The notes under the pieces are model-generated. The model worked only from the letters and a program-made list of their open reading frames with translations. It was not told where the DNA came from and did no database searches. DNA of 30,002 bases, taken from the IMG/VR virus record IMGVR_UViG_3300032278_000081, positions 1 to 30,002 of that record. One strand, written 5' to 3'. Made by a program: the position numbers and the translations under genes. Below are positions 17,587-26,394 of this stretch, piece after piece (within the stretch, counting starts at the first letter, position 1; every line of letters begins with the position of its first letter). Origin of the DNA: a virus (taxonomy: Duplodnaviria > Caudoviricetes).

Positions 17587-17693
17587 TACTGAAAAAAATG
17601 TGTTTCAGTAGTCAGCTTCCCCGAAGCTGGATACCCTACGCCCCGCGTAGGTATCGGACGCCACTTCTGCCCCCGGCAGCGCAGCATCCCTGC
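17587..17693 (-). promoter_or_regulatory. Hairpin array upstream of the capsid gene
   Basis: Five consecutive stem-loops, three with identical CGGGG loops on the mRNA strand. Confidence 0.7.
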
Positions 17694-17702
17694 TCTCGTT
17701 AG

Positions 17703-18509
17703 TTATTCATTCACAATCATCATTTTTCCGCTGCGAATCTCTTTTGCGTACTCACCGAGTTGGTGCGCGGTCGGATTCCGCAACTCTTTCACGCCCGCCG
17801 GAATGCCGCCCGTGTTGCCGTCTGTATTATGCGCCCCGCCGCCATTACTACTGCCAAACGCAAAACCAATTTCACGGGTTTGCTTGGTCATCCATTCCCC
17901 AAGGCTCAGCGGTTCGCCGGGGTTGTCCGTGCTATAGATCCCCTGTTTTGCCGCTAACTGATCGCCGGTAATTTCAAAAATCTCACTCGCACGGCTCACC
18001 ACAAAATCAATCGCGGCATCCTGCCCCCCCGCTGCCTTGAACTGGGTCAACACTTCATTTTTCAGTGCAGCTTGCGAGACTTTCAGATCGGCGGCTTGCC
18101 GTGCGGTTTTTTCGTCCGTCAATAGTTGCCGGAGCGGATCAAGTTCTGATGTTTTGAAGGATTGCAGCGCACTCTTCACCGCATCATCGACATCGCTGGC
18201 TTTGCTCACGCCTTTTTTCTGTAGCTCTGCCACTTTCGTGAGGGCAGCGCGGGCCGCGTCGGGATCGAGATCCTTATAGGCGTCCAATTTTTTTAAAGCC
18301 GTTTCGTGGGCTTCCAGATCCGCCTTGAGCTTCACGTTATTGTCTCGAAACTCTGCAACTTTATTAACTTGCTCCACATGGGTATCACGGGCCACGAAGC
18401 CGTGGGGATCACCGTCCATTTGCAGCACAAACTTTTCCCCTTCGGAGACATAGTGCTGCCGCAAATCTTCCGTAACCTGATCGAGCGAATCAAGAACCGG
18501 CTTTAACAT
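17703..18509 (-). CDS. Capsid scaffolding protein
   Basis: Coiled coil, LRQHY..FVLQ N-terminus, F..SNGGGA C-terminal motif; precedes capsid. Confidence 0.8.
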   Translation of the reverse strand: MLKPVLDSLDQVTEDLRQHYVSEGEKFVLQMDGDPHGFVARDTHVEQVNKVAEFRDNNVKLKADLEAHETALKKLDAYKDLDPDAARAALTKVAELQKKGVSKASDVDDAVKSALQSFKTSELDPLRQLLTDEKTARQAADLKVSQAALKNEVLTQFKAAGGQDAAIDFVVSRASEIFEITGDQLAAKQGIYSTDNPGEPLSLGEWMTKQTREIGFAFGSSNGGGAHNTDGNTGGIPAGVKELRNPTAHQLGEYAKEIRSGKMMIVNE

Positions 18510-18579
18510 AAAAAAAATGCTCCTTTACTGTAAGGAATTTTGTAAGAATTGACAAGGAAAGTTTCATACACGCGGCTAA

Positions 18580-18810
18580 CTAGAAAATACGTCCCGGTGG
18601 ATCTAACTCTTCAATATACGTAATCGTCGCTCCCAATTCCTTAGAAACATAGCGGGCCAGTGTCCAATCAGGATCAGGATCGGAAGGTTGTGGAAAATAA
18701 GGCTGCTTTATAGCCGCAAGCTCACACAGACTTCTAAGCATATTACTCTTTGAAGTCCATTTCCCTTTCTCGACACTAGCCTCCAACCCGTCCCGTTCTA
18801 TAGTAACCAC
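18580..18810 (-). CDS. Small hypothetical protein with own promoter (candidate immunity protein)
   Basis: GTG start with SD AAGGAG; downstream of MuF-toxin. Confidence 0.7.
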   Translation of the reverse strand: MVTIERDGLEASVEKGKWTSKSNMLRSLCELAAIKQPYFPQPSDPDPDWTLARYVSKELGATITYIEELDPPGRIF

Positions 18811-18832
18811 AAAAAACTCCTTTAATCTTACT

Positions 18833-18860
18833 ATTCTACAGGGTTTTAGGAATTAGTCAA
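18833..18860 (-). promoter_or_regulatory. Sigma70-type promoter for 18580-18810
   Basis: TTGACT (18860-18855), 16 nt, TAGAAT (18838-18833). Confidence 0.75.
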
Positions 18861-18875
18861 GCCTTTAGATAACTA

Positions 18876-19076
18876 TCAATCTACTTGGTTTATTTTCGCT
18901 GCAATTTTAGCCGCGAAATCATAAGCGACAGTATCAAGAGATTCACCCTTCTTAATACGCTGACGGGCCGCTTTAAGCTCTGCCTGTGACAAATCGCGCC
19001 GGATAAGCCTGACCCCATCAGCGGGCTGTACCCAGTAGGCTTCTGGGTGCTTGCTTACTCGCTCTTTATCTACCAT
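18876..19076 (-). CDS. Small hypothetical protein coupled to MuF-toxin (candidate immunity protein)
   Basis: ATG overlaps the toxin stop codon (TAATG). Confidence 0.65.
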   Translation of the reverse strand: MVDKERVSKHPEAYWVQPADGVRLIRRDLSQAELKAARQRIKKGESLDTVAYDFAAKIAAKINQVD

Positions 19077-21814
19077 TAGTCCACCATTTCGACTTGTACA
19101 ACAAGTTGCTTCCGCTCATGCACCCCACCACTGGTTCTAAATTCAACTTCTTTGCGTCCTACTATCCTAACCTTTGTTTTATGAGGTAACAAAAACTCTG
19201 ATTCTCCCATAGAGAAACCCCGACTCTGAGCAACGGGTTGAGTATACAGCCCTTTTGTCGGCCTAATCTCCAACACAATATTTTCCGATCCCTTACGATG
19301 AAAAAACTTTTTAGCTGTACTAGGATCAATACTAGAAGATTGAAAACCATCAAGTTGTAGCACCTCACCATCTATTTTTCCCTGTAGTGCTTTCTCATTC
19401 ACACCTCTCCATACTAACTCAGGTGGTGGGGGTTTCGGGGCATTATCTATAGCTTTCTGTATGTGGACGGCTTCATCCGTTAACTGGTTAGGGTTTTTTC
19501 TTAGCTTACTGTTTATCATATTATAATAACTACCAGTGTAAGTTTCTAGTGCTTCCATTTCTTTTACAGATAACTTACTGGCGTAATCCTCATAATGCTT
19601 AAAAACCTGTTTTTGATATTTTTCTCCCATATCCCGTGGGACTTTATCTGATATAGGCCACGGGGTACTATTTTTGATCTGCTCCTTAATGTCTGACGTG
19701 CTTACTTTGGGCGCACCCTCTTTCCAGTCAAAATCATACATATCTACTGGTTTATCTTTATATAGTGATCCCCGACGTTTACCTCCGAGTTTAGATGTAG
19801 TTTTTTTCAATACCTTCATGTTTTCTATTTTTACGCTATAAGACGATGAGTCATGTGTAAATTTCCTCTTCACTACTCGCTCATAAATAAAATCAAATAA
19901 CTTTGGCTGATCACGCGCTAACGCTACGGGGTTTGCAAACATTTCTTGCACCCCCATCGTCAGTACTTCTGTGGCGTCTTGTAACCCATCTTTTCCATTT
20001 ACACGCACTGGCCCCATCATGTCGCGGGTAAATTCTTGTTTCTTTGCTTTCGCGTATTTCCGTGCCATTTTCTCATTGTAGACTTTTCCTGTATAAAGAC
20101 GCTCAAAGTCATCTTCATAGGCTATTTCCCACGGTTTGTAATTTTTGTTACCAGTTACTTTTTTTAAGAACTTTGCTTTTTCTCCAAGCGTCAACGATTC
20201 CCGCCACCGTATAGATTCTGCTAGAAGGTCTGGATTATTAAATTCCACATGGTGTGTTAATTCATGCACAATGGAAGTTTGTCTCCTGCGAGACAAGTCC
20301 CAAAGGTCTACGTTAATGGTGCCATCATCTAAAGACGCAGCCCTAGCACTAGCTCTGCTTTCTACGCCACTAGCTCGAATTTTATATTTAATGTCACGAG
20401 GCACACGCTGCAACCCTACCAACTTCCCGCTTTTATCGTAGGCTTCTTCTAATCGATAAGAAAATAAATCGTCATCTACTAAGCGCCGCCAACGGTTTAC
20501 GGTGCCATTAAAACTTTTCATTTCCGCTTCCGTTAAAGCATCGCGCCAACTTACCATCTGCCCTTTCTTAAATTTAACAATTTCTCGCACTTTCCCTTCA
20601 TCATTCACCCATAAATCTATATCTACATTCTTATTGGGATTAGAGTTATACACAAATCGATCTAAGACATCATCAACAGCGGTCGCTCTATACGCAGATA
20701 ATTCGTTACTGACTTTTGATAAGCCCCCTTTACCTTTTTGCCACTTAGCTGAAAACTTCTTCCATTTTCCCGTCTGACGTTTTGACTGAAAAAGAATCTG
20801 ATTTTTGTTGTAGGATTTGCCTGTAACCTTATCGATCACTTTATTTATTTTTGACCAATCTTTACTAAAAAATAAATCACGCCCCACCGCGTCCATGCCG
20901 TATTCACGCTGCCACTGAGCGTATAACTCGTCCCATTTTTTCCCCTCTGCAACAAGTGCTTGTGATTCTTTTTGTTGTAACTTCCATAGATCGTCCGTCT
21001 TCTTTTCGAGTTCCTTTAATTTCACGTTATACGCCGAATCAGGATCATCCGCATATTTCAGTAGCGCCTTCCGTGCATCTGACCCCTTGAGCAAATCCCC
21101 ATCTGCACTTACCGCCATCCGCGCCATGGTAGACGCGGGCGCACCAGTCGCTTGCACGGCGGGCGGGGGAGCCACCGCGCCGCCCATCCCCGGCACCGGA
21201 GCAATCCCACAGCGACAATTGGGGTGCGCCGTGGGGCGATCTAATGCTCCAAGTGTTTTAGAAATAAATTTTTTGTTAAGAAGAACTTGATCCCCATCAA
21301 GAGCTTGGCAAATATTGCACGCCCCAAAGGGGGTGGTCATCCATTCCTTCTTGGCGTTGTTCCCTAATAAGCCTTGCTTTTGCGCTTGCCCCCATGCGAG
21401 TTCGACGCCCCCCGTGAGACTGTCGATCACTTCCGTGCGGGCAATCGTGATCGCCCGCCGCCGGATCATTTTATTTTTAAGTTTGATCTCCGCTTTCTCT
21501 TTCGCGGCTGTCGAAAGCGTGGGCGAGAGCTTCCGCACGTAGCGTTTCAGCGCCAACGCTTGCGGGCGATTCAGGCCCACGCTCTCGCGGATCTGTTTTG
21601 CCGCCTCACGCGGGGGGATGCCGTCGCGGATCGATTCCGAGATCACACGTTTCAGCGCATTTTTTGTTTCTTTAGTGATCCGGTCAACCTGCTCAGCGGC
21701 GTATCGCTTCGCCACCGCTTGCGCTTCGCGGGATTTCGCGTTGAAACCAAACCGGACTTTACTCTTGGGGGAGTCGGTTGAGGATTCTGGCACCGAGATG
21801 CCCCCCACGGACAA
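19076..21814 (-). CDS. MuF head morphogenesis protein fused to HEXXH metallopeptidase-like and ADP-ribosyltransferase domains (main frame)
   Basis: RAITIARTE, KKEW, CxxC, PTAHPNCRC (MuF); HELTH; YTG..INSKLR, VWRG, FQSSS, ESEFLLP (R-S-ExE ART). The TTG start is doubtful. Confidence 0.85.
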   Translation of the reverse strand: MSVGGISVPESSTDSPKSKVRFGFNAKSREAQAVAKRYAAEQVDRITKETKNALKRVISESIRDGIPPREAAKQIRESVGLNRPQALALKRYVRKLSPTLSTAAKEKAEIKLKNKMIRRRAITIARTEVIDSLTGGVELAWGQAQKQGLLGNNAKKEWMTTPFGACNICQALDGDQVLLNKKFISKTLGALDRPTAHPNCRCGIAPVPGMGGAVAPPPAVQATGAPASTMARMAVSADGDLLKGSDARKALLKYADDPDSAYNVKLKELEKKTDDLWKLQQKESQALVAEGKKWDELYAQWQREYGMDAVGRDLFFSKDWSKINKVIDKVTGKSYNKNQILFQSKRQTGKWKKFSAKWQKGKGGLSKVSNELSAYRATAVDDVLDRFVYNSNPNKNVDIDLWVNDEGKVREIVKFKKGQMVSWRDALTEAEMKSFNGTVNRWRRLVDDDLFSYRLEEAYDKSGKLVGLQRVPRDIKYKIRASGVESRASARAASLDDGTINVDLWDLSRRRQTSIVHELTHHVEFNNPDLLAESIRWRESLTLGEKAKFLKKVTGNKNYKPWEIAYEDDFERLYTGKVYNEKMARKYAKAKKQEFTRDMMGPVRVNGKDGLQDATEVLTMGVQEMFANPVALARDQPKLFDFIYERVVKRKFTHDSSSYSVKIENMKVLKKTTSKLGGKRRGSLYKDKPVDMYDFDWKEGAPKVSTSDIKEQIKNSTPWPISDKVPRDMGEKYQKQVFKHYEDYASKLSVKEMEALETYTGSYYNMINSKLRKNPNQLTDEAVHIQKAIDNAPKPPPPELVWRGVNEKALQGKIDGEVLQLDGFQSSSIDPSTAKKFFHRKGSENIVLEIRPTKGLYTQPVAQSRGFSMGESEFLLPHKTKVRIVGRKEVEFRTSGGVHERKQLVVQVEMVD

Positions 21815-22046
21815 GCGTAGTTTTGATGAGGGTTTCTACGGGAGCCATCGCCTTGCGTAGTCCCGTATCCGTGACCGCTGCCCGCAGCGCGGCCTCTCGA
21901 TCCCCTTTCGCCAGCGCTAACGTCAAGCGATCTAGGTTGACCCCCGCGTGCATCCGTTTAGCGGCACGTTCATACCGCGCTTGCATTTCAGGTTCGTACT
22001 GATCTGCTAACGCGCTGAGTTCTTCATGATCCTCCACGCGGCTCAT
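21759..22046 (-). CDS. Probable N-terminal segment of the MuF protein in a different frame
   Basis: Coupled to portal stop (ATGA); overlaps MuF frame by 56 nt; joins it by +1 at CTCCCCCAAG. Confidence 0.7.
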   Translation of the reverse strand: MSRVEDHEELSALADQYEPEMQARYERAAKRMHAGVNLDRLTLALAKGDREAALRAAVTDTGLRKAMAPVETLIKTTLVRGGHLGARILNRLPQE

Positions 22047-23512
22047 GCGTCATCTTCTTCCGTGGTCACATCTTCATCCCCGTCTTTTTCTACCTTGATT
22101 ACTTCTTCCGTGGGCGGCGGCAGTTGTTCCGGCTCCCGGCTAATTTCCTTCTTCTCTTCCACGTCAGTGATCCCGTACCGCGCCCAGCCACCTTCGGTTA
22201 AAATATTCCAAAATGTTTTGTATGAAATCTCCCCGGCTTGAAGTGTTGCGAGTGCGGTTTGAATTTCCTGCGGCTGCGCTTTGACCTGTAAGAAATCCTT
22301 ATTAAGTTCGACACGCACCGGCACCGTGAGCGGCGTAGCTTCCAGCCCGTCCCACCACGCCATGATTTGCAGCACAGCCCCCAACCCCTGCTCCATCGCT
22401 TGGGCCATCGTGCGAAGCGTGGCATGTTCTCCCGCATGGCGGGCTAACACCGCTGTCGCTGTCTCCTGCGCCACCGTAGGCTGCTCTTCCAACAGCTTGG
22501 CCCCCAGTGTTGCCATCTGGTGCTGCTTGGCAAGCAGAGCTTTTTCGAGTGCCCCCATGCCCGCGCCGGTAAACTCCACCATACCCGCCTGTCCATCCTT
22601 CTCCAGAATCCAGACGGTGGACGGCCCGATCTGCAACACCGCCACATCTTCCGCTGCGCCTTTCATGCCGCTCACATACGGCGTTGGCAACGCCACCAAA
22701 TGCAACCCCTGTTCGTGATCGCAACTGTTGCGCCAGTGCGCGAGCGAAATATTCGCCAGATCCAACAGCGGCGGATCTTTGATCTCTGTCGTAATATACG
22801 CGGGGCCGAGAAACGTAAACGGAATAAACGGCAGCGGTTGCCCCCGTCGAAGCGGCGTGACTTCCTCGCCAACTTTTTCCAGTTCCCCCCCATCATCCGG
22901 CGTGCGCCAAATCTGCTGGGTATACCGCAGCGTATCGCCCTCCTGCTGCAAGCGCAGTTCTCGATATTGATCAAGCGTTTTGTAACGGAACGGATCAGCC
23001 TCATCCACCACGCGGGGGCGTTCGTGCAGCACCACCAGCGTCAGGATTTCATCCCCGTTCAGTGTGCGGGTATCCCAGTTCACAATATTTTCTGTGGTGT
23101 AGCTCACGAAGTACGGGCGCTTTTCTAAGTACGGCGAATCGGCCATCTCCACCAAGATCCCATACCGTGCCATCAGCATCACTTCTTCCGTAGCACTCAG
23201 CGCAAACGCTTCCATCGGAATATTGGTGAGCGTCACATCATCCAGCCACGGCACCACGCGGCGGGGCACATCAAAGCGCGGGGTCTTTTGAAAAATGCCG
23301 CCGGTTAAGCCGCTCACCGTACGCCGCACGGCGTTGTAAAAATTCCCGCGATGCAAATACGCTTGCTGCGCGTCGGGCGTGGCGGCTGGGAGTCGGGGGG
23401 TATAGCGTTCCCCCGCATCAATAATTTGATCGCGGCCCCCGTAGGTGTCGCGCATCCGACGCCAGATCACTTTGGTCTTTTCGTAATCATCACGTGGGGT
23501 ATTGACTGGCAT
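22043..23512 (-). CDS. Portal protein (DUF4055 type)
   Basis: YLHRGNFYN, IPFTFLG, PPLLDLANISLAHW and LGAKLL motifs; follows terminase. Confidence 0.9.
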   Translation of the reverse strand: MPVNTPRDDYEKTKVIWRRMRDTYGGRDQIIDAGERYTPRLPAATPDAQQAYLHRGNFYNAVRRTVSGLTGGIFQKTPRFDVPRRVVPWLDDVTLTNIPMEAFALSATEEVMLMARYGILVEMADSPYLEKRPYFVSYTTENIVNWDTRTLNGDEILTLVVLHERPRVVDEADPFRYKTLDQYRELRLQQEGDTLRYTQQIWRTPDDGGELEKVGEEVTPLRRGQPLPFIPFTFLGPAYITTEIKDPPLLDLANISLAHWRNSCDHEQGLHLVALPTPYVSGMKGAAEDVAVLQIGPSTVWILEKDGQAGMVEFTGAGMGALEKALLAKQHQMATLGAKLLEEQPTVAQETATAVLARHAGEHATLRTMAQAMEQGLGAVLQIMAWWDGLEATPLTVPVRVELNKDFLQVKAQPQEIQTALATLQAGEISYKTFWNILTEGGWARYGITDVEEKKEISREPEQLPPPTEEVIKVEKDGDEDVTTEEDDA

Positions 23513-23515
23513 GGC

Positions 23516-23722
23516 TTACCTCTTTTTCCCAAGGATCTTATTCGCCCGTGCACGGATTTTTTTCCGATCCGCTGCACTCAAGTCTTTGGCTTGTGACAAA
23601 CGTGCGAGCGCATTGCGGGCGTGCGCTTTGTCCGGCATCGGAAACCGATACCGGGTGCCGCCGTTAGTTTTTTGCACAATCGTCGCGGATCGTTTTCGCG
23701 CTTTGGCTTTCAGTTCGGCCAT
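23516..23722 (-). CDS. Small basic protein (DUF6582-like)
   Basis: RFPMPDKAHARNALARLSQ motif. Confidence 0.65.
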   Translation of the reverse strand: MAELKAKARKRSATIVQKTNGGTRYRFPMPDKAHARNALARLSQAKDLSAADRKKIRARANKILGKKR

Positions 23723-23725
23723 CCC

Positions 23726-25180
23726 TTACCCCCAGACCGCTTCCACTACCCGAATTTCGCGGGGCGCACTCCGCAGTTGAAACAGCGCCCCCGCTGCGGC
23801 ATCCAGTTGATCTTTATATTTGCTGCGGCGGTTCGCCACTACTTCATCTAGAAATTCTTTGTTCCAGTGCCCCGCCACGAGCTTCACGCGCCCGTAAGGT
23901 TCATCCTCTGACGCGGGCCGCGCTTGAGAGGCTAACGGTTTCCAGCGCGTGACTTTATCCCCCGTGGCCGTGATGCCGGTGTAGGTATAGCCCGCCAGCA
24001 GATGCCGATGCGCGGCAATCACCGCTTTCCCCGCACTGCCGGGTTCTTGCTCTTCCGCAATATCCACGGTGGGGCCGTCAAGCTGCGCGGTCTGCCGCAT
24101 CAAGGCATCGACTTTGGCCGCAACCAATCGATCCCGCTGCACATCTTCAATAAAAAAATTCCCGCTGCGCGTTTCGCTCATCAACACGCCCGCCGTGTAC
24201 GGACTGCGTTCGGTTTCACTCCCCGCTGCATCCCAGAAACGCACACGGGTCACGACATCCGTGGGAGGGCGATCCACAATCTCAAACCACGCCCGTTCAA
24301 ACATCCCGCCCTTTTCAGGCATCGGATTTTGCGCGTGTTGGCAACTATAGTCTATTGGTCCTAACTCGTGTTTAATAACTTGATTTTCTTCCACCCCGAT
24401 CCGCTCTGGGTTCAGCAGTTCCCCCACCTCATGGCGCGGATCATGCCAGCCGAGCGGAGACACCCACGGCGTCGGGACATACTCCGTGGGCAGTTTGAGA
24501 ATAGTCCAATCCCCTTGCTCTAAGAGCGCGTGGGTTAAATCATCTTCATGCCCGCGCTGCATGATCACAATCTGCCGATCAAATTTTTTGTTGTTGATCC
24601 GAGAAGACCACACTTTGAAAAACCACCGCACGTCTTCCGTGCGGATAATATCCGAGTGGATCGTTTTGAGGTTATGTGGATCATCCACGATCAGAATATC
24701 GCCGCCCTTCCCCGTCGCACTGCCACCCACGGACGTAGAGATCCGATACCCCGCCATGGTGTTAGCATAAAACCCTTTATTGTTTTGATCGCCGCTCAGC
24801 GTCACGTCCCACCGGGTCTGATACCACGGGCTTTCAATCACGCGCCGTGCGGTGGTGGCAAACTCTAGACTCAGATCGCTGCTGTAGCTGGAAAAGAGAT
24901 ACCGGGTCTGGGGTTGCCGCGTCCAGCCCCACGTCGGGAGCGCCACCGAAGTACAGATCGATTTCCCAGAGCGCGGGCAGACGTTGATGATCAGCTTTTT
25001 AATCTCGCCAGTAAATACCGCTTGCTCATGCTCACAGATCGCCCCCAAATGGAAGCCGTCGATGAAAGGCGTGGCGGGTTCGATCACCGGCCACATCGCG
25101 CCGAGATAATCGTGGAGAGATCGCTTGCCCAGTTCCGCTTCCAAAGCGATGAGTTCCGCTATCGCTTCATGATCCACCAT
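23726..25180 (-). CDS. terL: Terminase large subunit
   Basis: Walker A IINVCPRSGKS, Walker B ILIVDDPH, nuclease motifs RFWDAAG and DQLDA. Confidence 0.95.
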   Translation of the reverse strand: MVDHEAIAELIALEAELGKRSLHDYLGAMWPVIEPATPFIDGFHLGAICEHEQAVFTGEIKKLIINVCPRSGKSICTSVALPTWGWTRQPQTRYLFSSYSSDLSLEFATTARRVIESPWYQTRWDVTLSGDQNNKGFYANTMAGYRISTSVGGSATGKGGDILIVDDPHNLKTIHSDIIRTEDVRWFFKVWSSRINNKKFDRQIVIMQRGHEDDLTHALLEQGDWTILKLPTEYVPTPWVSPLGWHDPRHEVGELLNPERIGVEENQVIKHELGPIDYSCQHAQNPMPEKGGMFERAWFEIVDRPPTDVVTRVRFWDAAGSETERSPYTAGVLMSETRSGNFFIEDVQRDRLVAAKVDALMRQTAQLDGPTVDIAEEQEPGSAGKAVIAAHRHLLAGYTYTGITATGDKVTRWKPLASQARPASEDEPYGRVKLVAGHWNKEFLDEVVANRRSKYKDQLDAAAGALFQLRSAPREIRVVEAVWG

Positions 25181-25210
25181 CGTGGAGCATTGTAAAACAA
25201 AACAGGGGGT

Positions 25211-25570
25211 CTACTCCTCACAAAACCATTCGCTGTTAATCCATTCCCATGACCACCGATTGTTGTGGTCAGCGTCACACCGTTCATTGGCTGCTGCCAT
25301 GGCTGCAAAGCGAGATTTGTACTGCCCGCGATGGGGGGTTTCGTTGAGTGGCTCAAGTTCACTTACATGGTCAATAAATTCACACCGTATTTCTTTGTAA
25401 CAGTCAATTTCCCATGCTGTTTTTAGTGCGTTCTGCGATACGCGGATAAGGTCTACGTCAGTCCTTACGGGATGCCCAACATTCTCCGCCACAACTTCGC
25501 GGGCGTTCGTGGCTTCCATGAACATGCGCCCGTCCATGAATCGTTTCAGTTTGAAATTCAAAGTTGCCAT
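25211..25570 (-). CDS. Hypothetical cassette gene (119 aa; 132 aa from ATG 25609)
   Basis: SD GGGAG before ATG 25570; driven by inverted cassette copy. Confidence 0.7.
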   Translation of the reverse strand: MATLNFKLKRFMDGRMFMEATNAREVVAENVGHPVRTDVDLIRVSQNALKTAWEIDCYKEIRCEFIDHVSELEPLNETPHRGQYKSRFAAMAAANERCDADHNNRWSWEWINSEWFCEE

Positions 25571-25711
25571 CTCGTTGTCTCCCGCTGCGTTTGTTTGATT
25601 CATCAACATTTGAGATAAGTATACACTATTGAGAGAACCTGTCCAGCCCTAAGACAGTTATTTTTCACTTTTTTTCAGATAATAAAAAAACCCTCCATGT
25701 TTACAGGGGTT
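25568..25711 (-). repeat. Expression cassette, inverted copy
   Basis: Shares TTTTTTATTATCTGAAAAAAAGTGA with copies 1 and 2; TGGACA 25645-25640, 16 nt, TATACT 25623-25618, ATGTTGATG at 25609. Confidence 0.85.
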
Positions 25712-25725
25712 ATTGAGTAAAAGTA

Positions 25726-25806
25726 CGGCTACGACGGCTACCCTGCGGGTTTTCTCTCACAAGGCAGCGTTGAGCCTCAAAACCTGCAACTTACCCGTCG
25801 TAGCCG
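25726..25806. other. Extended imperfect hairpin between divergent promoters
   Basis: CGGCTACGACGG / CCGTCGTAGCCG outer stem; TGCGGGTTTT / AAAACCTGCA inner stem. Confidence 0.7.
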
Positions 25807-25814
25807 CACAGGTT

Positions 25815-25870
25815 AAAATAATTGTTTTGAGGGCTTGACAGTTTCTAGTCTAACCCTATAGAATTAGTTT
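25815..25870 (+). promoter_or_regulatory. Cassette-family promoter giving a leaderless transcript
   Basis: AAAATAATTGTTTT, TTGACA 25835-25840, 18 nt, TAGAAT 25859-25864, ATG 6 nt later, no SD. Confidence 0.75.
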
Positions 25871-26365
25871 ATGCTTACTGAGAAAGACATTCCAACCGTT
25901 GAAGGCGTTGAGCCAAGAACAGGCAAAAAGCTAGATTACACTTGGGAAGTCAGTGGACTCTACACGCTTCCTCACGATGGCTTTATTGGTAGCCCACGTA
26001 AGGGAATTGAGGTTAAAGCGGGTGATCTTTTTGTCGAGTTCTGGCGCGTGGATGAGGAGTATGAATCAGGCGCACGGGAAGGCTTCATTAAAAGCGTGGA
26101 GCATCGCTATGTGCATGTGCCGACTGGCACCGCGTGTGATCAAGTCAACACAAACTTCCGCATGGCGCGGGATTCGTGGGTAGACAAACGTGGCGAGAAA
26201 CAGTCAATAGAGTGGGAAAAATGCGATCAAATTTTCAATCTTTGTTGTGAGGAAAAAAGGATGTACAAAAAGCGGATGCCGAAGCAGCACAAAGTAGAGT
26301 GCGAGTGTGGATGTGAATGCGCGGTTGATAATTGTGATGAGGCTTTTGGCCGACATGAAGCATAG
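25871..26365 (+). CDS. Hypothetical protein with Cys-rich C-terminus
   Basis: 164-aa ORF directly after promoter; CECGCECAVDNC tail. Confidence 0.7.
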   Translation: MLTEKDIPTVEGVEPRTGKKLDYTWEVSGLYTLPHDGFIGSPRKGIEVKAGDLFVEFWRVDEEYESGAREGFIKSVEHRYVHVPTGTACDQVNTNFRMARDSWVDKRGEKQSIEWEKCDQIFNLCCEEKRMYKKRMPKQHKVECECGCECAVDNCDEAFGRHEA

Positions 26366-26394
26366 TTGATACTTTTAACAGGAGAGACAGAGAC

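Noticed and set aside
18527-18555. TTGTCA-17-TACAGT promoter for the scaffold gene
   Set aside because: Its start site would fall within or after the SD AAGGAG; match is weak, so it is not called
25726-25806. Hairpin as tRNA or terminator
   Set aside because: No cloverleaf or T-loop motif and no adjacent U-tract
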